DNA of 64,000 bases from an uncultured Nitrospiraceae bacterium. GTDB lineage: Bacteria > Nitrospirota > Thermodesulfovibrionia > Thermodesulfovibrionales > UBA6898. The DNA lies in NCBI GenBank assembly GCA_963811165.1, contig CAWEQH010000010.1:1024001-1088000 (forward strand). Reading direction: 5' to 3'. Shown here piece by piece: positions 10,619 to 20,959 of this stretch (positions are counted from its first letter, which is position 1; every line of letters begins with the position of its first letter). The notes under the pieces are model-generated. The model was not told the DNA's origin and did not search any database. It saw nothing but the letters and a program-made list of their open reading frames with translations. A program made the translations under genes and the position numbers.

Positions 10619-10663
10619 AAAAACAAAAAGCCGAACTACCGTTTTTTCCTTCGGCAGCTCGGC
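10619..10663 (-). terminator. Intrinsic terminator, the expression platform of the riboswitch
   Basis: GCCGAGCUGCCG-aaggaaaaaa-CGGUAGUUCGGC-UUUUUGUUUUU. The 5' arm is shared with the aptamer 3' end. Confidence 0.82.
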
Positions 10664-10727
10664 CATCTTATTAAAAGATCCGCCGCTTTCCGCACCCTTT
10701 TCACAAAGGGGCTGGCTTGTCGGGACT
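10646..10727 (-). ncRNA. GEMM-I family cyclic dinucleotide riboswitch aptamer (c-di-GMP-I / cGAMP class)
   Basis: Minus strand reads UCCCGACAAG-CC-AGC-CCCUUU-GUGA-AAAGGG-UGC-GG-AAAGC-GGCGGAUC..GAUGGCCGAGCUGCCGAAGGA. This gives a GNRA-capped P2, the GGAAAGC junction and the GAURGCCGRGYUGCCG 3' end typical of GEMM-I. It lies in a 5' leader. Confidence 0.8.
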
Positions 10728-11024
10728 ATTCACTTATACTATTTTATCATTTAACACTACGTCTAAATTGTTAAACTTTCTTATAAATCTTATAAGGCAA
10801 TAATATATTCCCTCAATTTCGCCCACATGCGCAGTTTTCACGTGCACCTATGAGTGACGCAAAGACAATATTCGGATGTTAGCAGACTCAATGAAGGGAC
10901 CATGAGGAACAAGGCGAGAACTTCCGTTGATTATAGGAAGGAACTTCCGGTTAAGTAATCTGGTCTTGAAATGCGTTTACAACCCCTGTAATCACGAATA
11001 GTGCTCACGACACTTCATGAAGGA

Positions 11025-11068
11025 GAGATACATACAGTCCCCCATTGAGCCGGGGAGCTGTATGTATC
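11025..11068. terminator. Long hairpin downstream of degP
   Basis: GATACATACAG-TCCCC...GGGGA-G-CTGTATGTATC inverted repeat about 30 nt after the degP stop; no clear U-tract. Confidence 0.5.
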
Positions 11069-11095
11069 GAACTCCTTGTCATCTGATTACCGTTT

Positions 11096-12562
11096 TTACT
11101 TTCCTGAAAGCGTAACGTAGAAGGTCGACCCTTCTCTATATATCAGTAGCAGTATATTCTGGTCCGATCCGATCCTGGAGACCACGTTTTCGAAATCCTT
11201 CAGGTTGTTGATACCTTTTCTGTTTATCTCAATTATCACATCATTGCGCGCCAGAACGCCTCCGGCAGGGCTGCCCTCTTCAATATTCGTTATGATAACA
11301 CCGGTTATTTGCCCGGGGAGCCTCAGATTTTTCATGAGATCCGGGGTAAGGTCCTGAACCTGCACCCCCTTCAGGGCGTTGTCGAATTTCCCCGGGAGCT
11401 TTTGCATCTCAGCGGGAAGCTCCGCCACGGTCACTTTTACCTTTTCCTCTTTTCCGTCGTGCACTATCCTGAGGACAACTTCCCTACCGGGAGCGGTATT
11501 GGCCACCATGTTCCTGAGGTTCGCCGGATCTTCCACTTCTTTCCCGTTATATCCGATAATCACGTCGCCCCTTTTGATTCCCGCCTTTTCAGCCGGGCTG
11601 TCCTCCGTAACGTCTCCGACGAGTACCCCTTTTTGTTCCTTGAGATCGAACTGTTTCGAAAGTTCAGGCGTTATCTGCTGGATCGAAACACCCAACCATC
11701 CCCTCACAACCTTGCCGTTTTTGATCAGGTTTTCCATCACGGTTTTGACCATAGCGCTGGGTATGGCAAACCCTATCCCCTGATATCCGCCTGACGTACT
11801 GAAGATCGCGGTATTGATGCCGACAAGCTCGCCCCTCACATTCACAAGCGCGCCTCCTGAGTTTCCGGGATTGATCGCCGCGTCGGTCTGGATAAAATCC
11901 TCGTAGTCGGCGATGCCCACATTTGCGCGGCCTGTTGCGCTGACGATACCGGAGGTGACGGTCTGGTTTAACCCAAAGGGATTTCCTATTGCGATTACCG
12001 TCTCACCCACTTTCAATGTATCCGAATCTCCGATCATCAGTGTCGGGAGGTGGTCTGAGTTTATTTTAATGACGGCGATATCGGTCCTTGCGTCTTTCCC
12101 GATTACCTTTCCTTTGAACTCCCTGTTGTCCGAGAGCTTCACCTTTATTTCGTCGGCGTCCTTTATCACATGGTAGTTGGTGAGTATATATCCGTCCTTG
12201 TCCACAATGACCCCGGACCCGAGACTCGACTGCTTGTATTCCCTATGTCTTCTCATATTTCCGAATTCTTCTCCAAAAAATCGGTTGAAGAAAGGGTCAT
12301 TGAAGAATGGGTTTGATGTTCCGGGCGTTCTTACGGTGTGCGAGGTCGATATATTTACTACCGCGGGCTTTACGGCGGCAACGACTTCCGCCATCGCCTG
12401 GCCCGTCCTTGACAGGATATCGATTGCATTCTTCGATATCTTCGGCTCCGCCGCATACGCCTTTACATAAAATGAAGAATTCGCTGAGATCACAAGCCCT
12501 GCGATCAGTCCGATGATGGTAAAAGTTGCTGCGATGATAATCGGTCTTTTCTTTCGTTGCAC
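11096..12562 (-). CDS. degP: DegP/HtrA (Do family) serine protease with two PDZ domains
   Basis: LGSGVIV, LTNYHV, DIAVIK, IQTDAAINPGNSGG, RGWLGV and a second PDZ domain. Confidence 0.93.
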   Translation of the reverse strand: MQRKKRPIIIAATFTIIGLIAGLVISANSSFYVKAYAAEPKISKNAIDILSRTGQAMAEVVAAVKPAVVNISTSHTVRTPGTSNPFFNDPFFNRFFGEEFGNMRRHREYKQSSLGSGVIVDKDGYILTNYHVIKDADEIKVKLSDNREFKGKVIGKDARTDIAVIKINSDHLPTLMIGDSDTLKVGETVIAIGNPFGLNQTVTSGIVSATGRANVGIADYEDFIQTDAAINPGNSGGALVNVRGELVGINTAIFSTSGGYQGIGFAIPSAMVKTVMENLIKNGKVVRGWLGVSIQQITPELSKQFDLKEQKGVLVGDVTEDSPAEKAGIKRGDVIIGYNGKEVEDPANLRNMVANTAPGREVVLRIVHDGKEEKVKVTVAELPAEMQKLPGKFDNALKGVQVQDLTPDLMKNLRLPGQITGVIITNIEEGSPAGGVLARNDVIIEINRKGINNLKDFENVVSRIGSDQNILLLIYREGSTFYVTLSGK

Positions 12563-12603
12563 GGTAAGTATCCTCCTTTGACGTTATTCTTAGTAAATCT
12601 CAA

Positions 12604-12641
12604 AATGAAATTATTTGACAGGATTATGAAAAAATTATGAA
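12604..12641 (-). promoter_or_regulatory. Tandem direct repeats resembling an OmpR/PhoB-family operator upstream of degP
   Basis: Minus strand TTCATA-N5-TTCATA-N5-GTCAAA-N4-TTCATT; 10-11 bp periodicity. Confidence 0.5.
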
Positions 12642-12878
12642 GAGATATATCTACGGCTGGAGAAAAATCAAAGAGAGGGCATGGATCTTACCGCAAAAAA
12701 AGATCACCACTTCTTTAGACCTAAATGTCTTGACCTCGTCTGCTCGCCTCGCAACGACCCGGCGTCCCCACAGCAAAAAAGGACCTTAAACCCAGACAGC
12801 AGAGCCTTTTTGCCAACAGACCGCTCCGGCACACTAGTGAGGGCCGGGCTGCGTGCCGGACAAGAGGAATGGCCCCTC

Positions 12879-13106
12879 TTATACCGCCTCGACCGCCTTC
12901 AAATCGGGGATGTCTCTTTTCAGTTCTGCTTCGATGCCGCCCTTAAGAGTCATCATCGACATAGGACAGTGACCGCATGCTCCGGTAAGTTTCACCTTTA
13001 CCACGTTGTCATCCGTCACATCCACAAGCTGAACATCGCCCCCGTCCCGCTGGAGAAAGGGCCTTACTCTCTCGATAACTTCCTGCACCTTTGTTTTGTC
13101 GATCAT
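12879..13106 (-). CDS. NifU C-terminal (Nfu) Fe-S carrier protein
   Basis: VRPFLQRDGGDV.LV..V.VKLTGACGHCPMS.MTLK.GIE. Confidence 0.93.
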   Translation of the reverse strand: MIDKTKVQEVIERVRPFLQRDGGDVQLVDVTDDNVVKVKLTGACGHCPMSMMTLKGGIEAELKRDIPDLKAVEAV

Positions 13107-13200
13107 ATCCGACCTCCCTTATCGATAATCAATCTATACACTATTTTAACCTATTTCTGCGGCGCATTTAATATTACTTGTCAACTAAAAACATTAAACC

Positions 13201-13328
13201 TGTTCTTTCCCGCAAGCGAAGCGCGTCGGGAATCCAACCCCCCTCTACCCCCCTTATCAAGGGGGAGGGGCGGATCCTCCCCTGATGAGGGGAGGCAGGG
13301 AGGGGTTATCGGACAAGACATAATGACA
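13201..13328. repeat. Composite REP-like palindromic element
   Basis: TTCCCGCAAGCGAAGCGCGTCGGGAATCC...CGGACAAG...AATGAC shell enclosing the hairpins CCCCCTT-ATC-AAGGGGG and CCTCCCCT-GATG-AGGGGAGG. Confidence 0.65.
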
Positions 13329-13449
13329 GCCAGCAAGACTTTCATCTATAATTTATAAGAGAAAACGAGGAGGGGATAATGATGACTTTTTTGCGGGAGG
13401 TAGGAGTACTTTGGACGGTCGCGTATGGGCGGGCGTTTGGCGGCTGCAG

Positions 13450-13998
13450 ATGAGACGCTTTGATCAGACGTCCGCGACATGTCAGATATTCACCTACAAG
13501 GAAGGAATCCTGTCGGCCCTCGCCTACGACCTGAGGATCAATGTCACTTCTTTCATTGTCGAACTCGGCGATGACGACTCCCTGATCGATGCTCGATTTG
13601 ACGCTGCCTCGCTTCATGTGGACTGCGCGCTGGTGGACGGCGTCGAGAGGAGGGACCTGCTGTCTGAGGCAAGCAAAAAAGATATAGACGAGAATATCCT
13701 TAAGGACGTACTCGACGCAGCGACCCACAGGTTTATTACCTTCAGTTCCGCATCAGTGACAAAAGAAGACTCGTCCTACCTGATCAAAGGGACCCTCACC
13801 CTCCATGGTATCCCGCGTGAGATGACCTTCACCGCCCGCAGTGAAGGTAACTACTACGTAGCCGAGGCGTGGCTGAACCTGCCGAAATTCAACATAAAGC
13901 CTTTTAGCGCCCTTTTCGGCGCTATCAAGATAAAACCGGACATATTCATAAGGACGGCACTTGCCCTCGAAAAAAGCTCTGCTCCTTTACTTACCTGA
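13450..13998 (+). CDS. YceI-like (lipid/polyisoprenoid-binding) protein
   Basis: T.KEG.LSALA.DL, VLDA..H..ITF.S, GTLTLHG, FNIKPFSALFGAIK. Start chosen at ATG 13450. Confidence 0.82.
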   Translation: MRRFDQTSATCQIFTYKEGILSALAYDLRINVTSFIVELGDDDSLIDARFDAASLHVDCALVDGVERRDLLSEASKKDIDENILKDVLDAATHRFITFSSASVTKEDSSYLIKGTLTLHGIPREMTFTARSEGNYYVAEAWLNLPKFNIKPFSALFGAIKIKPDIFIRTALALEKSSAPLLT

Positions 13999-14062
13999 AT
14001 TGCCGACCGCTATGCCTTACGTCAAAGAGCGACCTGAACCGCCGGCCTTCATTCTGACCTTC

Positions 14063-14398
14063 TTAGAACCTCTTCACAAAAATTACGATGTAGGCGAGCG
14101 CGAGATATAAGAAAATCCCTATCAGCAAGGAAGGTATGACCCCGATCCGCGGCGTCAAAAAAATGATCGCCCCGATATATGCCAGCCATGGGAAGAGCAT
14201 GATGATCAGCCCATGGGCGTAGGGGACTACCGCCTTCTGACCTGCCTCGTAATAGATAGTCAGAAACGTTATCAGCGTCATGACCGGCAGATTTGCAAAA
14301 AAAGCGGCGACCATCGTCCTTGAGTGGCTCGCGAAATAGGTGACCACGCTTATGACGGTCCCCCCGATCAGAAAATAAAGGACATATTTAATTCCCAT
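14063..14398 (-). CDS. Small 4-TM membrane protein (DUF3147-like)
   Basis: KY.LYFLIGG..IS..TY, AAFFANLP..TL pattern. Confidence 0.72.
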   Translation of the reverse strand: MGIKYVLYFLIGGTVISVVTYFASHSRTMVAAFFANLPVMTLITFLTIYYEAGQKAVVPYAHGLIIMLFPWLAYIGAIIFLTPRIGVIPSLLIGIFLYLALAYIVIFVKRF

Positions 14399-14492
14399 AT
14401 GAGATCAGACCTCCAAGATAGTCAATTCTACCAGATGCAAAAGGTGAATGAAACTTGAGCTCATTAGAGGACTTTCCGTCTTCAGCCCACAG

Positions 14493-14526
14493 AAAAAGGA
14501 GGTGTTGCAAATATTCAACGCCTCCT
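14493..14526 (-). terminator. Intrinsic terminator
   Basis: Minus strand AGGAGGCGTTG-aatatttg-CAACACCTCCT-TTTT. Confidence 0.75.
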
Positions 14527-14564
14527 CATCGTTATAACCGGCTATAGGTTATGAACGTCTCATA

Positions 14565-14936
14565 TTACCCGTGTTTTTCGGAGGCAATACGGACGGTGTC
14601 AGCAATATATTTTCCGTCTTTCTCGTGAAACTTCACCAGCACCTTCTCGCCGGCCTTCAGGTCTTGAAACGTCTCAACCTTCTTACCCATGGCGAATTTT
14701 GTGTTATCACCTGTAATGAATGTGATATCACCCTTCCATCTGAGAGAGGGTGATTTGTCCCGCTCTATGGACTTTACGGTCAATGTCTTGGCAGCTGCGT
14801 CAACGGCCAGCACCGGTCCTCTGACAGAGTACATCTGGTCCTTGCTGTACATCTGTTTCTCGGCGGCGCCGGCAACGCTCACGAGGGAAAACACAAAGAA
14901 CATCGCCACTAATATCGCTAGGAATTTTTCCATCAT
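14565..14936 (-). CDS. Small exported OB-fold-like protein (DUF5666/DUF1344-like)
   Basis: Signal peptide ending AGA-AE; G.V.AVD..AKTLTVK ... DLKAGEKV.VKF. Confidence 0.75.
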   Translation of the reverse strand: MMEKFLAILVAMFFVFSLVSVAGAAEKQMYSKDQMYSVRGPVLAVDAAAKTLTVKSIERDKSPSLRWKGDITFITGDNTKFAMGKKVETFQDLKAGEKVLVKFHEKDGKYIADTVRIASEKHG

Positions 14937-15189
14937 TTTCACCTCCATTATCCTTCCATTTCACTCCTAATCTCAATATATATCATGTTGCGCAACCTTA
15001 CAACTCTAAAACACGTATTGATCTTCGATTTTCCGGCCGAAAAAAGCAAAAAAAAGAGGTTATTGCAGCGTTATTATTCGTTTTGCCCTCTTACAGGATA
15101 ATGCTCCCACTCACGAAAAAATTGCGTTGGTCAAACCCTTTGCTTGATCCCTCTGCTGATTTTCGGTTACCGTATCCGATGAGGTTTTC

Positions 15190-16687
15190 ATGATACGGCC
15201 TTTCAGGATTTTTTCACTGTTCATGGGAATATTTCTTCTGGTCTCGTGGGCAGCGCCTTCGCTGCCTTCAGGGAGCGGGGTTGACGAAATAAAGAAGAGG
15301 GGCTATCTCTTATGGGGTTCCGATTCCGAGGGAGGGGCCCCGTATGTATTTCCCGATCCGAAGTGATCCTTCAAAACTCATCGGCTTCGAAGTGGACCTT
15401 GCCGATGCGATTGCAAGGGAGCTTGGGGTAAAGGCGCGACAGTCCCAAAACGCATGGGACAGCCTCATCCCCGCCTTGGACAGGGGAGATTTCGATATGG
15501 CCATGAACGGCATAGAGATCACTCCTCAGAGGCAATCCAGGGTCCTCTTCTCCATCCCCTATTACGTCTTTACCGAACAACTCGTGGTAAGGAAGGACGA
15601 CCCCGCCATTGGCGGGATCAATGATATAAAAGGCAAGAAGGTCGGCACCCTTTCAGGCACCGTGGCCCAGGAAATCCTCACCGGAATCGGCGGCGTGGAT
15701 GTGAAGATATACTCCGGCCAGGTCGAGCCTTATGAAGACCTTGCCATTGGAAGGCTCGATGCCGTCTTGCTCGATCTCCCGATAGCAGCGTATTACGGAA
15801 AGACAAACCCAAAACTGAAATATGCAGGCCCTCCGATAGGCGAGGGTTTTTACGGGATCGCAATGAGAAAAGGGGACGAGGACCTCCGAAACGAGATGGA
15901 CAAAATACTGGGCAGGCTCCTTAGAACCGGAGAGCTAAAAAAGATATACGAAAAGTGGGGCCTCTGGAACGAAAAACAGGAAAAGCTTCTTCCCAAGGCA
16001 AAGGAGCCGGAGAGGTCCGTGGGTATCGAAGAGAGCAAGAAAGCGGCACTCATCACCTTTATTCCTGCGCTTCTCAAAGGGGCGGGCATAACCATTGTCA
16101 TCTCTGTCGTGTCGATGGCCCTTGCGGTCTCTCTCGGTCTCTTGCTCACCGTCACCCGACTCTATGGCAGACCTCCGTTTAGCAATTTTTCAACGGCATA
16201 CATCGAGCTTTACCGGGGCACGCCGCTTCTGATACAGCTCTACATCCTCTACTACGGGCTTCCTAACATCGGTGTCTCCCTCAGCCCGCTGACGGCCGCT
16301 TTTTTGGGTCTCGGTATGAATTACGCGGCGTATGAAGCCGAGATATACAGGGCGGGGATAATGGCGGTGCCGAATGGCCAGATGGAGGCGGCCCTCTCCC
16401 TCGGCATGCCCCAGGGGCTTGCCATAAGAAGGGTCGTACTTCCCCAGGCCCTGAGGATAGCCACTCCTGGCGTGACGAACGATTTTATTGCACTCTTTAA
16501 GGATTCTTCGCTGGTCTCGGTAATCGCGATGGTGGAGCTGACAAAGACTTACAGCATTCTCGCGGCAACCACGCTGAGGTTTTTCGAACTGGGGCTCATC
16601 GTCGCCTTCCTCTATTTTGCGATGAGCTATCCCCTCTCCTTGCTCGCAAAGCGGCTGGAAGAAAGGCTTAAGGGCTCTAAGAGATGA
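15190..16687 (+). CDS. Polar amino-acid ABC transporter, fused substrate-binding and permease protein; one-base frameshift near 15364
   Basis: From ATG 15190: signal peptide, [26 protein letters not shown], then an extra T; the next frame continues [11 protein letters not shown]...RGTPLLIQL...[11 protein letters not shown]. Confidence 0.88.
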
Positions 16688-17445
16688 TCACGGTAAGGGA
16701 GCTCCATAAATATTACGGAGATGATCTGCTTTTCAGGGGCCTCAATCTCGATGTCCGAAAGGGGGAAGTAGTTGCACTCATTGGCCCCTCAGGCAGCGGC
16801 AAGAGCACCTTCCTCAGATGCATAAACGGGCTGGAATATTTCCAGAGGGGGGAGATAACGGTCGCCGGCATGAAGCTCCACGGCATTGATAGGATAAGGC
16901 CCGGGAAAGAAGACCTCGAAAATATAAGGAAGATCAGGCTAAAAGTCGGGATGGTATTTCAGCAGTTCAATCTTTTTCCGCATATGACCGCGCTCGAAAA
17001 TATCATCGAGGCGCCTGTCAGGGTGCTCGGCATGGATAGAAAAGCGGCAGACGCTATGGCCCTCGGTCTTTTAAAGAGGATAAATCTCGACCATAAGACG
17101 GGAAGTTATCCTGCGGAGCTCTCGGGCGGGGAGCAGCAGAGGGTGGCCATCGCCCGTGCCCTCGCCATGACGCCCGAGGCGATGCTTTTTGATGAGCCGA
17201 CGTCATCCCTTGACCCCGAGATGGTGGGGGAGGTCCTGGCGGTTATCAAAGATCTTGTTCGCGAGGGGATGACCACCGTCATCGTGACTCATGAGATGGT
17301 CTTTGCAAGGGAAGTGGCTGACAGGGTTGTGGTCTTTGATAAAGGGGAAATTGTAGAGACCGGCCCTCCCGCGGAAATCTTCACCGGCCCCAAGGCCGAA
17401 AGGACGAAGACGTTCCTTAGCAGGGTACTAAATTCGCGCCTATGA
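16684..17445 (+). CDS. Amino-acid ABC transporter ATP-binding protein (GlnQ-like)
   Basis: [45 protein letters not shown]. Confidence 0.95.
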   Translation: MITVRELHKYYGDDLLFRGLNLDVRKGEVVALIGPSGSGKSTFLRCINGLEYFQRGEITVAGMKLHGIDRIRPGKEDLENIRKIRLKVGMVFQQFNLFPHMTALENIIEAPVRVLGMDRKAADAMALGLLKRINLDHKTGSYPAELSGGEQQRVAIARALAMTPEAMLFDEPTSSLDPEMVGEVLAVIKDLVREGMTTVIVTHEMVFAREVADRVVVFDKGEIVETGPPAEIFTGPKAERTKTFLSRVLNSRL

Positions 17446-18139
17446 TAGTGATCAAAATTCCCATGCTTATATAATCCCCGTAATAACGTTCCCCGATGGG
17501 AAGGGCTTTGTCTGACAGAGGTGATCGCCTTTACTCTGTCAGACTGCCCGCGTTTCCCGGCAGGACAGTCCGGTTCCCGGTCGATCCTGATTCGATCCAT
17601 ACCTATCATCACATTCCGGACGTGGTAGCAGGTCTATTACCGGCCGAGAAAGCAAGGAAATTCCAACAATCACAGCCCCGTACCGCTCAGCGTCAACAAC
17701 GCCTGATACCACACTCTGTAGTCATCATCTCAGGATTGAAGATTTCCGCTTATAGTAGGGAAGGTCCTTTTTTTGCTTCCTTCCTGGAACCCACACAAAA
17801 GTGCTTGTACCACAGACGCATGGTTTCTCTTGTAAATATGCGGCGGGATTCATCTAATCTTCACCACCCTAAACTTCGAGCGTCACCCTATTTCCTCAAA
17901 TTCCTGGTATCATAAACTGGTCGTTAGCGCAGTCAAATCGGGGCAGTAGGGGATGACACCACCCTTAAAATAAACTTTACCCAGGAGAAAAACTGTGAGA
18001 ATCGGCTTTGGAGATATGCGCCCTTCGGGTGTTTGTCCCTTGTCTGGGTGAGTTTCAAAACGCTACTTGCATCCGCCGCGGGCGGCATCGCGCTTGTGAG
18101 GCGCGGTTGGGGTTAGAGTCTACTACAATCGAGGTGAAC

Positions 18140-18958
18140 ATGTCTGCAAAAAAAATCGCCATTATTTCCGACGCTACGGGCCAGAGCGGCCTGCATATTC
18201 TGAGGGCGGCTCTGGTGCAGTTTGAACACACCCACCCCAAGATCATGCTTTTCCACGACATTGATTCCAAGGCCGGGCTCAAAAAGGTCCTCGACCAGGC
18301 CAAGTCGGACAAGGCCCTGATAGCTTTTACCTTTGTCAAAAAGGAGATGCGCGACTATGCGACCGCCTATTGCGTGAATAACAAGATTTTTCATCTCGAC
18401 ATTCTGGGCCCGCTGATCAACAACCTCGCGGCCTATCTTCGACTGGAACCGCTCGAAACTCCGAGTCTGCTCAGAAAGGTCGATGAACGATACTTCAAAC
18501 GCATCGACGCGATCGAGTATACGTTGGGACACGACGACGGCAGGGACACCGAGCACCTCGATGGCGCGGACATCGTTATCGTCGGACTTTCGAGGACGTC
18601 CAAGACCCCGACCTCGATCTTTCTGGCCCAGGAGGGCTACAAGGTCGCCAATGTCCCGATCGTTCCGGGCATCCCCCTGCCCGAAGAGCTTTTCGAAATC
18701 GATCAGCAAAAGATCGTCTGTCTGGTAATCGATCCCGAGGTCCTTCAGAAAATCAGGAGGGTGCGCCAAGAAAAGTCCTCGCTCCCGACGAGCTACAGCG
18801 AATTCAAGAAGATCTTTGCCGAGGTCGAGTATGTCAGGGACCTCCGCAAGAAGCACCGGATCTGGAAAGTCGTCGATACTACGAACAAATCCATCGAAGA
18901 GACCGCGTGGGAAATCATCCACCATGTGTTCGGAGACCACCATGAAGAATATAATTGA
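18140..18958 (+). CDS. PEP synthase / pyruvate-phosphate dikinase regulatory kinase-pyrophosphorylase (DUF299)
   Basis: ISDATG, YFKRIDAIEY...HDDG, GLSRTSKTP, DTTNKSIEETA. Confidence 0.92.
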   Translation: MSAKKIAIISDATGQSGLHILRAALVQFEHTHPKIMLFHDIDSKAGLKKVLDQAKSDKALIAFTFVKKEMRDYATAYCVNNKIFHLDILGPLINNLAAYLRLEPLETPSLLRKVDERYFKRIDAIEYTLGHDDGRDTEHLDGADIVIVGLSRTSKTPTSIFLAQEGYKVANVPIVPGIPLPEELFEIDQQKIVCLVIDPEVLQKIRRVRQEKSSLPTSYSEFKKIFAEVEYVRDLRKKHRIWKVVDTTNKSIEETAWEIIHHVFGDHHEEYN

Positions 18959-19803
18959 TTCCGGCAAGCCGGAACTAAAATGCGCCGTGAAAACTTGAAG
19001 GCGCACGAAATCAGGAAGAGAATTGTTGCGAAGGACTGCGTGAATACGGTGATTATTCCGATGGCGTTGCTTCGAGAGGAGGCATGCGTTTCCTTAAAAA
19101 GACCGTTTTCGAAAGTTATTTAATTACGACTCATTACGATTCACGCTCGGGTAGACCATGTGATTGCCGAAAGTACAAATATGATAAGTCTTCCCGCACG
19201 TCGGTTTGTCCGTGTAACAATGCCGAAGAGCTTTTCTATTTCGACTTAATTATGCCACACGTAACTTCCCCCGGTCAGGTTCTCACCAACGCGGTTGTTT
19301 CCGGAAATAACTGTGTATCTATAGTAGAAATGATACGGGCTCAGTTACAAGAAAGGAACGAAAAAAGTTGTCTGACTTTTAAGCATGCCCTCTTCCCGGC
19401 ACAATTCGGGGCGAAATCTATCAGTTAGTTCTATTGATCTGAACGACTCTCGGTCCTCTCGATGCCTTCCTGTAAAGCGCACTTTAAGATTGCCGCAACT
19501 GTGTGCGGAGTACGCTTGTAAATGTAGCTCCACTGGATGTTAAGTTCTTCTAAGAATCCGCCCGCGAGAAAACGCAGCAAGGTGAGAACTTCTTGTTGCT
19601 CTCTCACTCCTGTTCATTTCTGAGGATAGTCACTTTTCAGTGGAAATAATTGTCATAGAATATCTACAGGAAGCGAAGTTCAGGAGCTTGCAATCTACCC
19701 ATCGAATTCCATGCGCGACCCCCTTTGACACCATAGGAAGAGCGTAATGACTTGTGCACGAAAATGATGATCAGCTAAAATTATACCAAGAGGTATCCAG
19801 ATT

Positions 19804-20565
19804 ATGAGTGTGTTACATTTATTGATTGTGGGATCGGCAGCCGTTGCAGGAGGTGCGGTGAATGCCCTCGCTGGCGGTGGAACACTTATTACATTTCCCA
19901 TGCTTACGGCTGTAGGCATTCCGGTTGTTGCCGCAAACATAACCAATACAGTGGCACTTTGTCCCGGCTATCTTGGCGCAACCTTTGCACAAATGAAGGA
20001 CCTGCGCGGACAATCTCTCCGTTTGTGGCTTCTTCTACCGGTCGGTGTGCTTGGAGGGATTGGCGGAGGGATTATACTCCTTCACACGGATAATCAAATC
20101 TTTAGAAAAATTGTGCCCTATCTGATCATTATGGCCGTTGTCCTTATGGCCGTCCAGGATAGAGTGCGGTCATGGCTCACTCGCAGCGCAGGCAAATCAG
20201 AAAAGGTTACGTTACACGATGCATGGTCGATATTTCCGATTCTTCCTGCCGCTATTTATGGTGGCTACTTCGGGGCCGGCGTAAGCGTGATAGTCATAGC
20301 AGCGCTCGGAGTTGTTATAGAAGACTCATTTACACGCCTCAATGCCCTCAAGCAGGCGCTCTCGTTCAGCATTAACATTGCGGCCGCAATCTTTTTTTTG
20401 TTTTCCGGACAAGTAGTATGGTCAGCGGCGCTTATCATGGCTGTAGGGGCACTCGCCGGCGGGGCATTAGGGGGCAGGCTGGCCGGACGGATCAGTCCCT
20501 CAATGCTGAGGCGCATTGTAATCGTAATAGGTTCTGTAGTAGCCGCGATTTATATGATCCGTTAG
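19804..20565 (+). CDS. TauE/SafE (TSUP) family membrane protein
   Basis: NALAGGGTLITFP.L, ANITN.VAL.PG, IYGGYFGAG, NALKQ. Confidence 0.92.
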   Translation: MSVLHLLIVGSAAVAGGAVNALAGGGTLITFPMLTAVGIPVVAANITNTVALCPGYLGATFAQMKDLRGQSLRLWLLLPVGVLGGIGGGIILLHTDNQIFRKIVPYLIIMAVVLMAVQDRVRSWLTRSAGKSEKVTLHDAWSIFPILPAAIYGGYFGAGVSVIVIAALGVVIEDSFTRLNALKQALSFSINIAAAIFFLFSGQVVWSAALIMAVGALAGGALGGRLAGRISPSMLRRIVIVIGSVVAAIYMIR

Positions 20566-20959
20566 GCGGGCCGGCCGCATCTCGTACAAAGATGAATAGC
20601 TACCATTGATTCATGTCACTCGTTTACCTGACTTATGCGGCAGATCTAAGACATACCTCCTTAGTTCCTCGGAAACATTTGATACGCGTCAGCAACTTTA
20701 AATTCAGTCTGCATCAGATTGTTAGGCTGACTTCCATATGTACACCGCAAGCTACTTGTGACATATTATTACCGAACTCTGCGGTCAATCCATTGTGCAA
20801 CTAATACGTAGTTGTCGGTGCAGCCGTCAAAATAATCGTCTCAGATGCGGGGCAAAACATGCTGCGGCCAATCGTGCGGCCTTTTACACTCTATAACTTT
20901 CTGAAGACCACACCCCTCTCATCTGCTATAATTCGCTATATCACTATCGGAAACCATCA

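Noticed and set aside
12681..13358. 225-aa plus-strand ORF (likewise 5751-6533, 18113-19006, 54588-55625 and similar)
   Set aside because: Antisense shadows of well-supported genes or translations of repeat DNA.
17919..17965. tRNA-like GGTCGTTAGCGCAGT
   Set aside because: No cloverleaf or T-loop (GTTC) follows.
17496..19533. ORFs 17496-17915 and 19084-19428 and the 11-bp hairpin at 17510-17544
   Set aside because: No recognisable motifs in the ORFs. The hairpin is single-copy without a U-tract and is most simply a terminator-like stem after the ABC operon.
20561..20730. GTTAGGC words suggesting integron attC sites
   Set aside because: No matching RYYYAAC with proper L boxes, no cassette array and no integrase.
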